This document shows, piece by piece, positions 37,447-46,116 of a DNA stretch of 55,957 bases. A program made the position numbers and the translations under genes. Below the pieces are notes generated by a model. It saw only the letters and a program-made list of their open reading frames with translations. It was not told the DNA's origin and did no database searches. How positions within the stretch are numbered: the stretch's first letter is position 1; each line of letters begins with the position of its first letter. Origin of the DNA: Gemmatimonadota bacterium (GTDB lineage: Bacteria > Gemmatimonadota > Gemmatimonadetes > Palauibacterales > Palauibacteraceae); the NCBI GenBank assembly GCA_039588275.1, contig JBDHAC010000022.1:1-55957 (forward strand), given 5' to 3'.

Positions 37447-38478
37447 TCAGGGCTCCTGACAGACCTCGGTCTCGACCATGTGCCTCTCTTCGAGCTGGCA
37501 CACGGCCTCGCCGTCGAAGCTACATGAAACCCCCCCGGCCGATGAGGAGCACTCCCAGGTCTGCGCTTCGGGGCTGGAGGCGATCAGGCGAAACGAAGCG
37601 GTTGCGGAGAACCCGCTACACAGTCGCTCCGCATCGCGGCCCGCACGCTCGAGGGTTTCCGCCCGGGCGGCGGCTTCGGTCGGTTGCCGGGCACCCGGAC
37701 CAACGAAGAGCACGAGCCTGCGCTCGGAAGGCTCCCAGGTCTCCGTCTGTGTAACCTGTCGCGCCGCGATGAGGCTGGCCGCCGTCTCCCGGAGCGCGCC
37801 CTCCGGGAACGCTTCGACGTGATCTCGCAGCGCCTGACAGCTTCCCGGTTCGCGCGCTTCCCACGCGAGGCGCTCGGCCTTCGTGGGCCGGTCCCCGAAC
37901 CCCAACGAACCGCAGAAGTCGGAGAGGGACGGCTGGAATACGGGGAGCGAGCACAGCGGACGCTGCGCCGCGAACACGTTGAACCCGAACACGATCGCGA
38001 CGCCGAGCGTGCTCGCGAGCGCGCCATATGTGATGCGTTGCATCAACCGGTGCTTCGGACCTGTTGCCGCGGGGATCTCCGTGCCGTCGATCCGCGCCTG
38101 AATGGCTGCGCAAAGATCTCTGAAGAACGGGTTGCGGCGGCTGCCTCCCCAACGAGTCAGGTCGATCGCCTGGACCTCCCCGAAGCCGAGGGGCGGATCG
38201 ACATTGGCGAGCGTCACGGGAACGAGAATGCCACGGGCCTTGGCCCGTCTCGCCTCTTCGCGCACGAACTCGCCGGCGGGCCCGACGCTGTTCTTCGACC
38301 ATAGGACGACGACGCATTTGGCGGCTTCGAGCGCAGACTCAACCTGGGCCTGCCAGTTCTCGCCACCCGGCAAATCGGCATGCGACCAGACGGAGAAACC
38401 GGCCCCCTCCAGCGCGCGGATGAGCCGCCCCGCGCGCGGCTGGTCGCTCTGCTCGTACGCGACGAACACGTCGCTCAT
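37447..38478 (-). CDS. TIR-domain protein with a single TM helix and a Cys-containing extracytoplasmic domain
   Basis: MSDVFVAY...GFSVW...CVVVLWSKNSV...FVREEA...LVPV...PPLGF...QAIDL (TIR_2), then TM ITYGALASTLGVAIVFGFNVFAA. ATGA overlap with the upstream gene. Confidence 0.88.
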   Translation of the reverse strand: MSDVFVAYEQSDQPRAGRLIRALEGAGFSVWSHADLPGGENWQAQVESALEAAKCVVVLWSKNSVGPAGEFVREEARRAKARGILVPVTLANVDPPLGFGEVQAIDLTRWGGSRRNPFFRDLCAAIQARIDGTEIPAATGPKHRLMQRITYGALASTLGVAIVFGFNVFAAQRPLCSLPVFQPSLSDFCGSLGFGDRPTKAERLAWEAREPGSCQALRDHVEAFPEGALRETAASLIAARQVTQTETWEPSERRLVLFVGPGARQPTEAAARAETLERAGRDAERLCSGFSATASFRLIASSPEAQTWECSSSAGGVSCSFDGEAVCQLEERHMVETEVCQEP

Positions 38479-40448
38479 GGACGCGCTCGCTGCCGGAGGT
38501 CTTCGATCATCCACTCGTCTCGTGGCTCGAGCATCCCCTGGGCTTGCATCCGGAGCGCCACTTCCAACGCGCGCTCGGCGTACTCCGTGTCACCCGTGGC
38601 CATCTGCATTCTCACGTAGCTCACGATGAGATCCCGCTGCCATTCGGTGATGTCCGGGTGCTCTTCCGCGAGGCGGAGGCTGATCTCCAACGCGGTTCGG
38701 CGGTGCTCGAGAGCGCCCGAGAGATCCTCCCGGGCTTGCAGCACGTCGCCTACGAAGCCGTGGGAGATGAAGAGACCCCGCTGCCAGGCCGTGTTGCTGG
38801 GATCGATCTCGGCGAGTCGTCGACGGATGTCCAGCGAGGTGCGGTAGCGCTCGAACGCGCCGGCGAGATCTCCCTGGGCCGCGAGTCGGCTACCGAGCCG
38901 GTCGAGGGAGATGGAGAGATCTCGCTGCCAGCGCGCGTTGCCAGGATCGATCTCGGCGAGTCGCTCGATGATCTCCATCGCCACGTCGCGGGCTTCCGCT
39001 GCACCGGCGGAATCCTCCTGGAGTTCCAGCACGTCGCCGATATAGTTGTGCAGGACGTGGAGGTCCCGCTGCCAGTCGGCATTACCCGGGTCCGCCGCCG
39101 CGATCCTCTGGACGATCTCCAGCGCGGCCTCGAATCTCTCGAGCGCACCCGAGATATCCCGCTGGGCTCGGAGCGACCCGCCGATGCGTTCGTGCGTGAG
39201 GGCGAGCTCCCGCTGCCAATGTGCATTGCCCGGATCCGAGGCTGTGAGCCGCTCCAGGATCTCCTGGGATGCTTCATAGCTTTCCAGGGCCCCCTCGGAA
39301 TCACCCCGGGCGCTGAGCGCATCGCCGACCTTGTAGTGAGAGATCGAGAGGCTCAATTGTCTGCGCTGATCGTTCGGATCCATTTGGGCGAGTCGCTGGG
39401 TGATCTCCAGCGCAGCCCGCTGGTGCTCGAGCCCGCCGGCGAGATCTCCCTGGGCCTGGAGCACATCACCTACCCGCTCATGATCGGTCGACAGGAGCTG
39501 TTGCCAATCGGCGTCGGCGGTGTCGGAGGCCGCCCGTGTCTGGGAGATCGATAGCGCAGCCCTGTAGTTCTCGAGCGCGCCAGGGAGGCCCTCTTGGGCC
39601 AGGAGTACGTCCCCGAGCGTGGTGAATGCCACCGATGAATCTCGGTCGGTCCGCGCGGTCTCCCGGGCTTGCTCGGCGGCTCCCCGGGCGGCGGACAGGT
39701 TCCCCGCGGTCGAGTACAACCGGGACAGCTCCACCCAGTCCCAGAACACGTCGGGGTCGAGCGCCGTAGCCTCCTCGAAATGGCCGATCACATCGGTGGT
39801 CGAGAGCTTGCCACTGTTCCGCGCCTCGAGCGCGAGCGTCGCGATCCCGCGCGCATCGGCTGCGTTCTCGATGTCGGCGCGCCTTTGGAAGGCTGCCTCG
39901 CGGGCTGCCCTGCGGGCTGCCTTGAGCGCGCCCAGTACCTCCAGGGCCCCGAGCTCATCGCCGGCGTTGAAGCGGGCCAGGGCGGCCACCCCTTCGGGAC
40001 TCGACGCGATGTCCTCGACCCTATCCCGGAACACGGCGATTTCTGCCGCGTAGGCGCCGTCCTGCTCGGCGAGCGCCGTGACGAACCGTTCCTCGGCGGC
40101 CGTCAGCTCGGCCTGGAGCCGCGCCACGTCATCGTCTCGCCCGCTCCGCGCAATGTCCAGTTGCGCGCGCAGAGCGTGGATCTCGTCCTCCTGCTGGCGG
40201 ATCTGGACATTCGCTCGAGCCGCGGCGGCCTGGGTGGCGGACGCCGTGAACAAGGCCGCCGCGATTTGGTCGCGCACGTTGACGTCCGTCGTTGACGCAG
40301 GCTCTTGGGCGATGATCGCGCAGGGGGCAGCGGCCAAACCCATGCCGAGCAGCGCTACGAAGGCGGCCCGACAGGGTCGCGACCTCGTGGGCGAGTCTTT
40401 CGAGGAGACGGAGAGAAACGTTTCGCGGGCGTACGTCCGAATCGTCAT
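38475..40448 (-). CDS. Exported coiled-coil + TPR-repeat protein (start uncertain)
   Basis: Signal-like RAAFVALLGMGLAAAPCAIIAQ, a heptad region, and about 7 copies of a 48-aa DPxNxxWQRDL repeat (DNA repeat at 38801 and 38945, 144 bp apart). Confidence 0.85.
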   Translation of the reverse strand: MTIRTYARETFLSVSSKDSPTRSRPCRAAFVALLGMGLAAAPCAIIAQEPASTTDVNVRDQIAAALFTASATQAAAARANVQIRQQEDEIHALRAQLDIARSGRDDDVARLQAELTAAEERFVTALAEQDGAYAAEIAVFRDRVEDIASSPEGVAALARFNAGDELGALEVLGALKAARRAAREAAFQRRADIENAADARGIATLALEARNSGKLSTTDVIGHFEEATALDPDVFWDWVELSRLYSTAGNLSAARGAAEQARETARTDRDSSVAFTTLGDVLLAQEGLPGALENYRAALSISQTRAASDTADADWQQLLSTDHERVGDVLQAQGDLAGGLEHQRAALEITQRLAQMDPNDQRRQLSLSISHYKVGDALSARGDSEGALESYEASQEILERLTASDPGNAHWQRELALTHERIGGSLRAQRDISGALERFEAALEIVQRIAAADPGNADWQRDLHVLHNYIGDVLELQEDSAGAAEARDVAMEIIERLAEIDPGNARWQRDLSISLDRLGSRLAAQGDLAGAFERYRTSLDIRRRLAEIDPSNTAWQRGLFISHGFVGDVLQAREDLSGALEHRRTALEISLRLAEEHPDITEWQRDLIVSYVRMQMATGDTEYAERALEVALRMQAQGMLEPRDEWMIEDLRQRARP

Positions 40449-40477
40449 TGAGAAAAGCTGATCAGACTTGACAGAGG

Positions 40478-40567
40478 GTGCAACCAACCCCCCATGGCGG
40501 GTACGATTGGGAGTTCATCTCTACGGACGAGACCGTTCAAGACTCGGGCTCGGACGTCTGTCACCAA
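40478..40567 (+). pseudogene. C-terminal remnant of a calcineurin-like metallophosphoesterase gene
   Basis: VQPTPHGGYDWEFISTDETVQDSGSDVCH resembles the family terminus GVLKLTLHxxxYDWEF...DSGSxxCH*, recalled from memory. Confidence 0.55.
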
Positions 40568-40692
40568 ATCCGTCTGAGAGGCCGGGAACGATCACCTGAG
40601 GGCGACCGCCTGTCGACATCCTGCGGTTCGCCACATCTTCGGAGACGCGCTCGATCCTGGTCTCCGTACATAGCGAGCTGGAGGGATCGCAG

Positions 40693-42354
40693 ATGTCCAA
40701 GCCGAGAATGAAGCCGTGGATCGGGCTTTGCCTCGCGGCTGCATACGCGGTGGCGGGTTGCGCGCCGAGCGCCGATGTGACCGACGATGCCGGAGAAGCC
40801 GCCCGCGCAACCAACGCTCCCTATGACCTGATCCTGTCCGGCGGCACCGTCGTCGATGGCACAGGCGCCCCCCGCTACACCGCAGACGTCGTGATCGCCG
40901 GAGACCGGATCATGGCCGTCTCGCCCGACGGGATCGATCCGTCTCAGGCGGCCGAGGTGATCGACGCGACCGGACTGATCGTCGCTCCCGGGTTCATCGA
41001 CAACCACGCGCACATCCAGACCACGATCCACGAACACCCGCTCGCGGAGAACTTCACACGGCAAGGGATCACCACGATCCTCGCGAGCCTCCACTCCGGC
41101 GATCAGCCGTGGCCGCTCGATGAGTACGCCGCCTCGCTCGAGGTCGCGCCGAACGTCGGCTTCTTCGCCGGGCACACCTGGACTCGCAAGCGCGCCGTTG
41201 GGCTCGAGGACCGTCCCGCGACCGCGGCGGAGCTCGAGCACATGAAGGCGCTCGTCGACTCCACGATGCGGATGGGCGCGCTCGGGCTTTCGACCGGGCT
41301 CCAGTACGTGCCCGCGAACTACGCCGAGACCGAAGAGGTGATCGAGCTCGCGAGGGTCGCGGCACGCCACGGCGGGATCTACACGTCGCACATGCGGGAC
41401 GAGGCGCGCGATCTGCTCGACTCCGTGGACGAGCTGATCCGGATCGCGCGCGAGGCGGACATCCCTGCCCAGATCCAGCACCACAAGGCCATCGGCCCCG
41501 GCCAGTGGGGCTGGAGCGAGCGAACGCTACGGATGATCGAAGACGCGGTCGCCGAAGGGCTTGACATCAAGCACGACCTCTATCCGTACACGGCTGCGAG
41601 TACCAGCTCGGCCATCCTGTTCCCCCAGTGGGTGCTCGCGGGCGGTTCGGATCAAACGGCGGCGCGGCTCGACGATCCAGAACTCCACCCCCGCCTCGTA
41701 TCCGAGATGCGGGACATCATCTTCACGGATCGCGCCGGCGACGACATGAGCCGCATCCAATTCCGGACGATCCGCTCCCACCCCGAGTACAACGGGCTGC
41801 GGCTCTCCGACCTGCTCGCGGATCGCGGACTCCCGAACTCGATCGACGCGGCGATCCCGGTCCTGATCGAGCTGCAAAAGGACGGCGGCTTCAGTGCCAT
41901 CTATCACTCGATGGATGAGGCGGATCTCACGCGGATCCTCCAGCACCCGCTCGCGATGATCGAGACGGACGGCGACCCGGTGTCGTACGGCTTCGGATTC
42001 CCGCACCCGCGCAGCTACGGCGCGTTTCCGCGCGTCCTCGGACGCTACGTGCGCGAGTTGGGCGTGATCGATCTCGAGACTGCGATCCGCAAGATGACCC
42101 GGATGCCGGCCGAACAGATCGGGCAGTACGAGCGCGGGCTGATCGCAGAGGGGATGTTCGCGGACATCACCGTCTTCCATGCCGCCACCGTCTCGGATCG
42201 GGCGACGTACGTCGAGCCCCACCAGTACTCGGTGGGGATCCACCACGTCATCGTGAACGGCCGGCCGGTCATCTCGAACGGCGCGTTCACGGGTGCGCGG
42301 CCGGGTCGGGTGCTGACGGGACCAGCCCGCCCCGACCGGGTGCCAGGGAGCTGA
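40693..42354 (+). CDS. N-acyl-D-amino-acid deacylase family amidohydrolase, lipoprotein
   Basis: Lipobox VAGC, VVDGTG, PGFIDNHAH, SHMRDE, YPYTA, TDG and HPRSYGAFPRVLG. Confidence 0.92.
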   Translation: MSKPRMKPWIGLCLAAAYAVAGCAPSADVTDDAGEAARATNAPYDLILSGGTVVDGTGAPRYTADVVIAGDRIMAVSPDGIDPSQAAEVIDATGLIVAPGFIDNHAHIQTTIHEHPLAENFTRQGITTILASLHSGDQPWPLDEYAASLEVAPNVGFFAGHTWTRKRAVGLEDRPATAAELEHMKALVDSTMRMGALGLSTGLQYVPANYAETEEVIELARVAARHGGIYTSHMRDEARDLLDSVDELIRIAREADIPAQIQHHKAIGPGQWGWSERTLRMIEDAVAEGLDIKHDLYPYTAASTSSAILFPQWVLAGGSDQTAARLDDPELHPRLVSEMRDIIFTDRAGDDMSRIQFRTIRSHPEYNGLRLSDLLADRGLPNSIDAAIPVLIELQKDGGFSAIYHSMDEADLTRILQHPLAMIETDGDPVSYGFGFPHPRSYGAFPRVLGRYVRELGVIDLETAIRKMTRMPAEQIGQYERGLIAEGMFADITVFHAATVSDRATYVEPHQYSVGIHHVIVNGRPVISNGAFTGARPGRVLTGPARPDRVPGS

Positions 42355-42408
42355 GCGCGATACGGGCGAACGATACATGTCGACCGAGCTGTGGAGAGGA
42401 GATTCCAC

Positions 42409-42918
42409 ATGAGTACAGCCGGGCGGGCGAGCGCAGGCGAGACGGCGAGCGCGACCGACCTATTGGTGGAAATGAACCGAAGCTATGCGCGGTCGTTCGA
42501 CGAAGACGGCGTGCCGATGCCCTCAGAAACCCGGGTGGCCGTGGTCGCGTGCATGGACGCGCGGCTGGACGTGTACCGGCTCCTCGGGCTTGAGCTCGGC
42601 GAGGCTCACGTGATCCGGAATGCCGGGGGCGTCGTGACCGAAGACGCGGTTCGCTCGCTTGTCATCTCGCAGCGGCTGCTGGGTACGCGGGAGATTGTCC
42701 TCATTCACCATACGGATTGCGGGATGCTCACCTTCGAGGATGATGAGGTGAAGCGGCGGATCGAGGCGGATGTGGGCGTGCGGCCGCCTTTCGCGCTCGA
42801 GGCGTTCTCCGACCTGGAGGCCGACATCCGGCAGTCGATACGCCGACTGTGCGCGTCGCCGTTTCTGGAGCACAAGGATGCGATTCGAGGCTTCGTCTAT
42901 GATGTAGGGAGCGGTTGA
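42409..42918 (+). CDS. Beta-class carbonic anhydrase (clade D), apparently truncated by TGA 8 codons early
   Basis: CMDARL, RNAGG and HHTDCGM zinc motifs. Ends GFVYDVGSG*LIEVAPA*. Confidence 0.9.
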   Translation: MSTAGRASAGETASATDLLVEMNRSYARSFDEDGVPMPSETRVAVVACMDARLDVYRLLGLELGEAHVIRNAGGVVTEDAVRSLVISQRLLGTREIVLIHHTDCGMLTFEDDEVKRRIEADVGVRPPFALEAFSDLEADIRQSIRRLCASPFLEHKDAIRGFVYDVGSG

Positions 42919-42972
42919 CTCATCGAGGTCGCCCCCGCCTGAACGGAGGTCGCTGGAGGTTGGCCGACGGTG

Positions 42973-43719
42973 TTACGGTACGGTCAACAGCTGGCCGGCG
43001 TAGATCCGACTCCCGCGCAACTTGTTGGCCGATCGCAGCTCCTGGACCGTCGTGCCGTACCGCCGCGCGATCGTCCATAGCGAATCCCCGCGCCGGACGC
43101 GATAGTCTCGGCCGCCAGTGGTGCTGGCGAGCTGTGCAGTCTCTACGTATGAAGCGTATTGCCTGGGAAACACCGCGACGTGGTAGTGAGGCGGGCGGCT
43201 TTCACGCAGGGCCTCGAGCACCCCTCGACCCTCCAGGGTAAGGAGCGTGTCCTCGAGCCAAGCTCGGCATGCCCGACGGCGGCTTCTTCTGATGTCCATC
43301 GCCATGCCGGTCGGGTGTACGGACCGTGGCGAGGCGTTCCGTGGCTGACGGGTACGAGGCCTCGTCAGGCTGGTGACGACCAGTCGCTCGCCGCACGCGC
43401 GTCTGTATTGCCGACTCAGTCTGGAGATGAATAGGGCAACCTCGGGTCGCGCGTACGGGAACGCGGCCCGCACGATGTGGTTCGGCCCGCTCCGGACGGG
43501 GACGAGGTATCCGGCGTCGACGAACCGGCGCAGCTGAGCGGAAGTGTTCAGGTACGTGAAGTCGTGCTGCCGGGCCACGCGGTTCTGGCGGTTGAGCGAG
43601 CCGGTGGATCCTCTGAGGCTCTGAGCCTCTGCCCGATCGAACGCCATGGAGACGCAGCTGAGCGCCAGGGCGATCCTGACCGCCTGAACCGCCGTCATCG
43701 ACCTGTTCCTCACGTTCAC
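42973..43719 (-). CDS. DUF5715-like putative peptidoglycan peptidase with a C-terminal LysM domain
   Basis: Signal peptide AEA-Q, VTSLTR, SVHPTGMAMD, PPHYHVAV and LysM YRVRRGDSLWTIARRYG. Confidence 0.85.
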   Translation of the reverse strand: MNVRNRSMTAVQAVRIALALSCVSMAFDRAEAQSLRGSTGSLNRQNRVARQHDFTYLNTSAQLRRFVDAGYLVPVRSGPNHIVRAAFPYARPEVALFISRLSRQYRRACGERLVVTSLTRPRTRQPRNASPRSVHPTGMAMDIRRSRRRACRAWLEDTLLTLEGRGVLEALRESRPPHYHVAVFPRQYASYVETAQLASTTGGRDYRVRRGDSLWTIARRYGTTVQELRSANKLRGSRIYAGQLLTVP

Positions 43720-43905
43720 CTCCGCAGCGTCTCCCCCCAGGCAGCACTCCGCCCCAGAACAGGGGCCCTCTATTCTGGGGGAGAGAGAGCCGGAAGACCA
43801 GCTTTCTTATGAGAGTCCCGACGGCCCCGCAGGGTTGGCTCGTGCTCTCGCGGCGTGTCAGGGTCTCAGTGTGCCGGTCCGTTCGGGGCGGTGCTGCCGG
43901 TACGG

Positions 43906-44364
43906 CTATGCCACCTGGCCTCGGGCGTGAAGCTGCCGAGACGACTCAGAGCCGCCGAGCTTCACGTAGGTGGCGCCGAGTACCGCGCCGAACACGAGGT
44001 GCCCGAGCAAGCTCGGAAGCGCTCCCGACATGCCGGCGGCGTTCAGATTGGCCGCGAATCCCATCCCCATGATCCAGGGCATGAACGTGAGTGGTCCCAG
44101 AACCCACCAAAGCGCACCGTAGCCGAGCCCGGCGGCGAGCGTCGAGCCACGTCCCTCGACGAACGGAGCGAGGGACAGGCCGAAACCGGCACCGATGCCT
44201 GCACTCATCACCATGTGAACGAGAAATCCGGAAACGGCCGAGGGCATCCCGACCATCGCGCCGATCATGGGGAGCATCCCCATCATGCCCATCATCACGC
44301 CGAACGGGATGCCACCCGCCAGCCCGCCAAGTATCCCACGCTTCAGGTTGTCTGTGTATGTCAT
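43906..44364 (-). CDS. Met/Gly-rich 4-TM membrane protein
   Basis: GGLAGG, intramembrane His in FLVHMV and LGHLVFG, and GLGYGALWW. Confidence 0.8.
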   Translation of the reverse strand: MTYTDNLKRGILGGLAGGIPFGVMMGMMGMLPMIGAMVGMPSAVSGFLVHMVMSAGIGAGFGLSLAPFVEGRGSTLAAGLGYGALWWVLGPLTFMPWIMGMGFAANLNAAGMSGALPSLLGHLVFGAVLGATYVKLGGSESSRQLHARGQVA

Positions 44365-44621
44365 CTCGAGAACTCCCTCGATCTGTTTCGATTCCTTGCT
44401 CTGGCCCGGCCCTTACAAGGCGAGGCTCCGTTCCAAAGGGAGTGAGTGTCGCAGGACGGCGATTCCTTACACCACCGGTCGAACAGCGGCCGGACCGCCC
44501 GTGAGCGCGATGCGGCGAGCCAGGACCGACCGGGACTTCTTGCCCCCGCCACGTGGTTCGGCCTAGGCTCTTTCGTCGTTCTTCGCAGCGGGAACAATCA
44601 CGAGCCTCGAGGAGACGAGAC

Positions 44622-45512
44622 ATGTCGGACGAACGGCTACGCGCGAGCGACTTTCCGCCAGAGGTCCTGGGCCTGTTCGATCAGTACGTACACGGAATGA
44701 TCGACCGGCGCGCCTTCCTCGAGGGGGCGGCGAAGTTCGCGGTGGCCGGCATGACGGCGGCGACCATGTTCGAACAGCTCAGCCCGCAGTATGCCTGGGC
44801 GCGGCAGGTGGACCCGGATGACCCGAGGATCCAGGCGGCATACGTCGAGTACCCGTCGCCGCGCGGATCCGGGACGATGCGCGGGTACATGGTGCGCCCG
44901 GCCGCTGAGGGCAAGAAGCCGGGCGTCCTGGTCATCCACGAGAACCGCGGACTGAACCCGTACATCGAGGACGTCGTGCGGCGTCTCGCCGCGGCCGACT
45001 TCCTGGCCTTCGGGCCCGATGCCCTGACCCCCCTCGGCGGCTATCCGGGGACCGATGACGAAGGACGACAGCTCCAGCGTCAGCTCGACCGCGCGACGAT
45101 GACCGAGGATTTCGTCGCCGGGGCGGAGTTTCTGATGGCGCACGAAGACTGTACCGGCCGGGTGGGCGCCGTCGGCTTTTGCTTCGGCGGAGGCATGGTG
45201 AACACGCTCGCCGTGCGGCTCCCGAACCTGGGCGCCGGCGTTCCCTTCTACGGGTCGCAACCCGCCGCCGAGGACGTACCCAGGATTCAGGCTCCGCTGC
45301 TGATCCATTACGCGGAGCTCGACGAGCGCATCAACGCGGGCTGGCCCGCCTACGAGGAGGCGCTGGAGGCCAACGGCAAGACGTACACGATGCACATGTA
45401 CGAGGGTGTGAATCACGGCTTCCACAACGACACGACCCCGCGGTATGACGAGGCCGCCGCGAAGCTGGCCGAGGAACGGACCATCGCCTTCTTCAACGAG
45501 CACCTTCGGTAG
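44622..45512 (+). CDS. yghX: Dienelactone hydrolase family protein (YghX-like), Tat-type leader
   Basis: [29 protein letters not shown] and [21 protein letters not shown]. Confidence 0.9.
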   Translation: MSDERLRASDFPPEVLGLFDQYVHGMIDRRAFLEGAAKFAVAGMTAATMFEQLSPQYAWARQVDPDDPRIQAAYVEYPSPRGSGTMRGYMVRPAAEGKKPGVLVIHENRGLNPYIEDVVRRLAAADFLAFGPDALTPLGGYPGTDDEGRQLQRQLDRATMTEDFVAGAEFLMAHEDCTGRVGAVGFCFGGGMVNTLAVRLPNLGAGVPFYGSQPAAEDVPRIQAPLLIHYAELDERINAGWPAYEEALEANGKTYTMHMYEGVNHGFHNDTTPRYDEAAAKLAEERTIAFFNEHLR

Positions 45513-45663
45513 CCTGCACGGCGCACGCTCGTGCGATCCAGCACGGCCGTGCTGGCCTCGCCGAGTGGACTCGCCACCTGCCCGCGGGGGTCTTGGAGTG
45601 GCTTGACTGAGCTGCGCGGCACCGAGACGGTGAAGTGAGTGCTCAAACCGGGGAGGTAGAGCC

Positions 45664-46116
45664 GTGGGTAGGGCTCTAGGTGGTGCGGCATTGCTAGTTG
45701 TCGCGCTCTTCATGTTCATAGGATTCCTGCGCGCCGACGTCGACCCTTCCGCGCCGGCGACCCTCATCGCGGTGCTCATCGCGATAGGGCTGCCGGCCGC
45801 TGGCGGGGCCTGGTTGCTCGCCACTCATTTCGGGCTCGGACGCGGCCTCGCGGAGCGGAAGGAACGACTCACCCGCGAGACGCTCGAGGCCGAGATCCTT
45901 CGCATGGCCGGGCGTCATGACGGCAAGCTCACTGTCGTCGAGGTCGTCGCCGAGCTAGCGGTGCCGGACAAAACGGCGAAGCAAGCCCTTGACGCCCTGA
46001 TGACCCGCGAGCTCGCCGAGATCGAGATCACCGACTCCGGCGTGCTGGTTTACGCGTTTCACGATATCGAGCACCTGTCGGAGAAACCTCGAGCGAGAGG
46101 GCTGCTCGATGACTGA
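45664..46116 (+). CDS. Hypothetical 2-TM protein with a C-terminal winged-helix-like domain
   Basis: GGAGG RBS, two TM segments, then EILRMA..GKLTVVEVV...ITDSGVLVYAF. Confidence 0.78.
   Translation: MGRALGGAALLVVALFMFIGFLRADVDPSAPATLIAVLIAIGLPAAGGAWLLATHFGLGRGLAERKERLTRETLEAEILRMAGRHDGKLTVVEVVAELAVPDKTAKQALDALMTRELAEIEITDSGVLVYAFHDIEHLSEKPRARGLLDD

Noticed and set aside
38600..39560. 144-bp periodic DNA repeats as a CRISPR or VNTR
   Set aside because: In-frame, degenerate and fully explained by the 48-aa TPR repeats.
42916..42970. Selenocysteine codon in the carbonic anhydrase
   Set aside because: The position aligns with Arg/Lys rather than Cys, and no convincing SECIS hairpin is seen.
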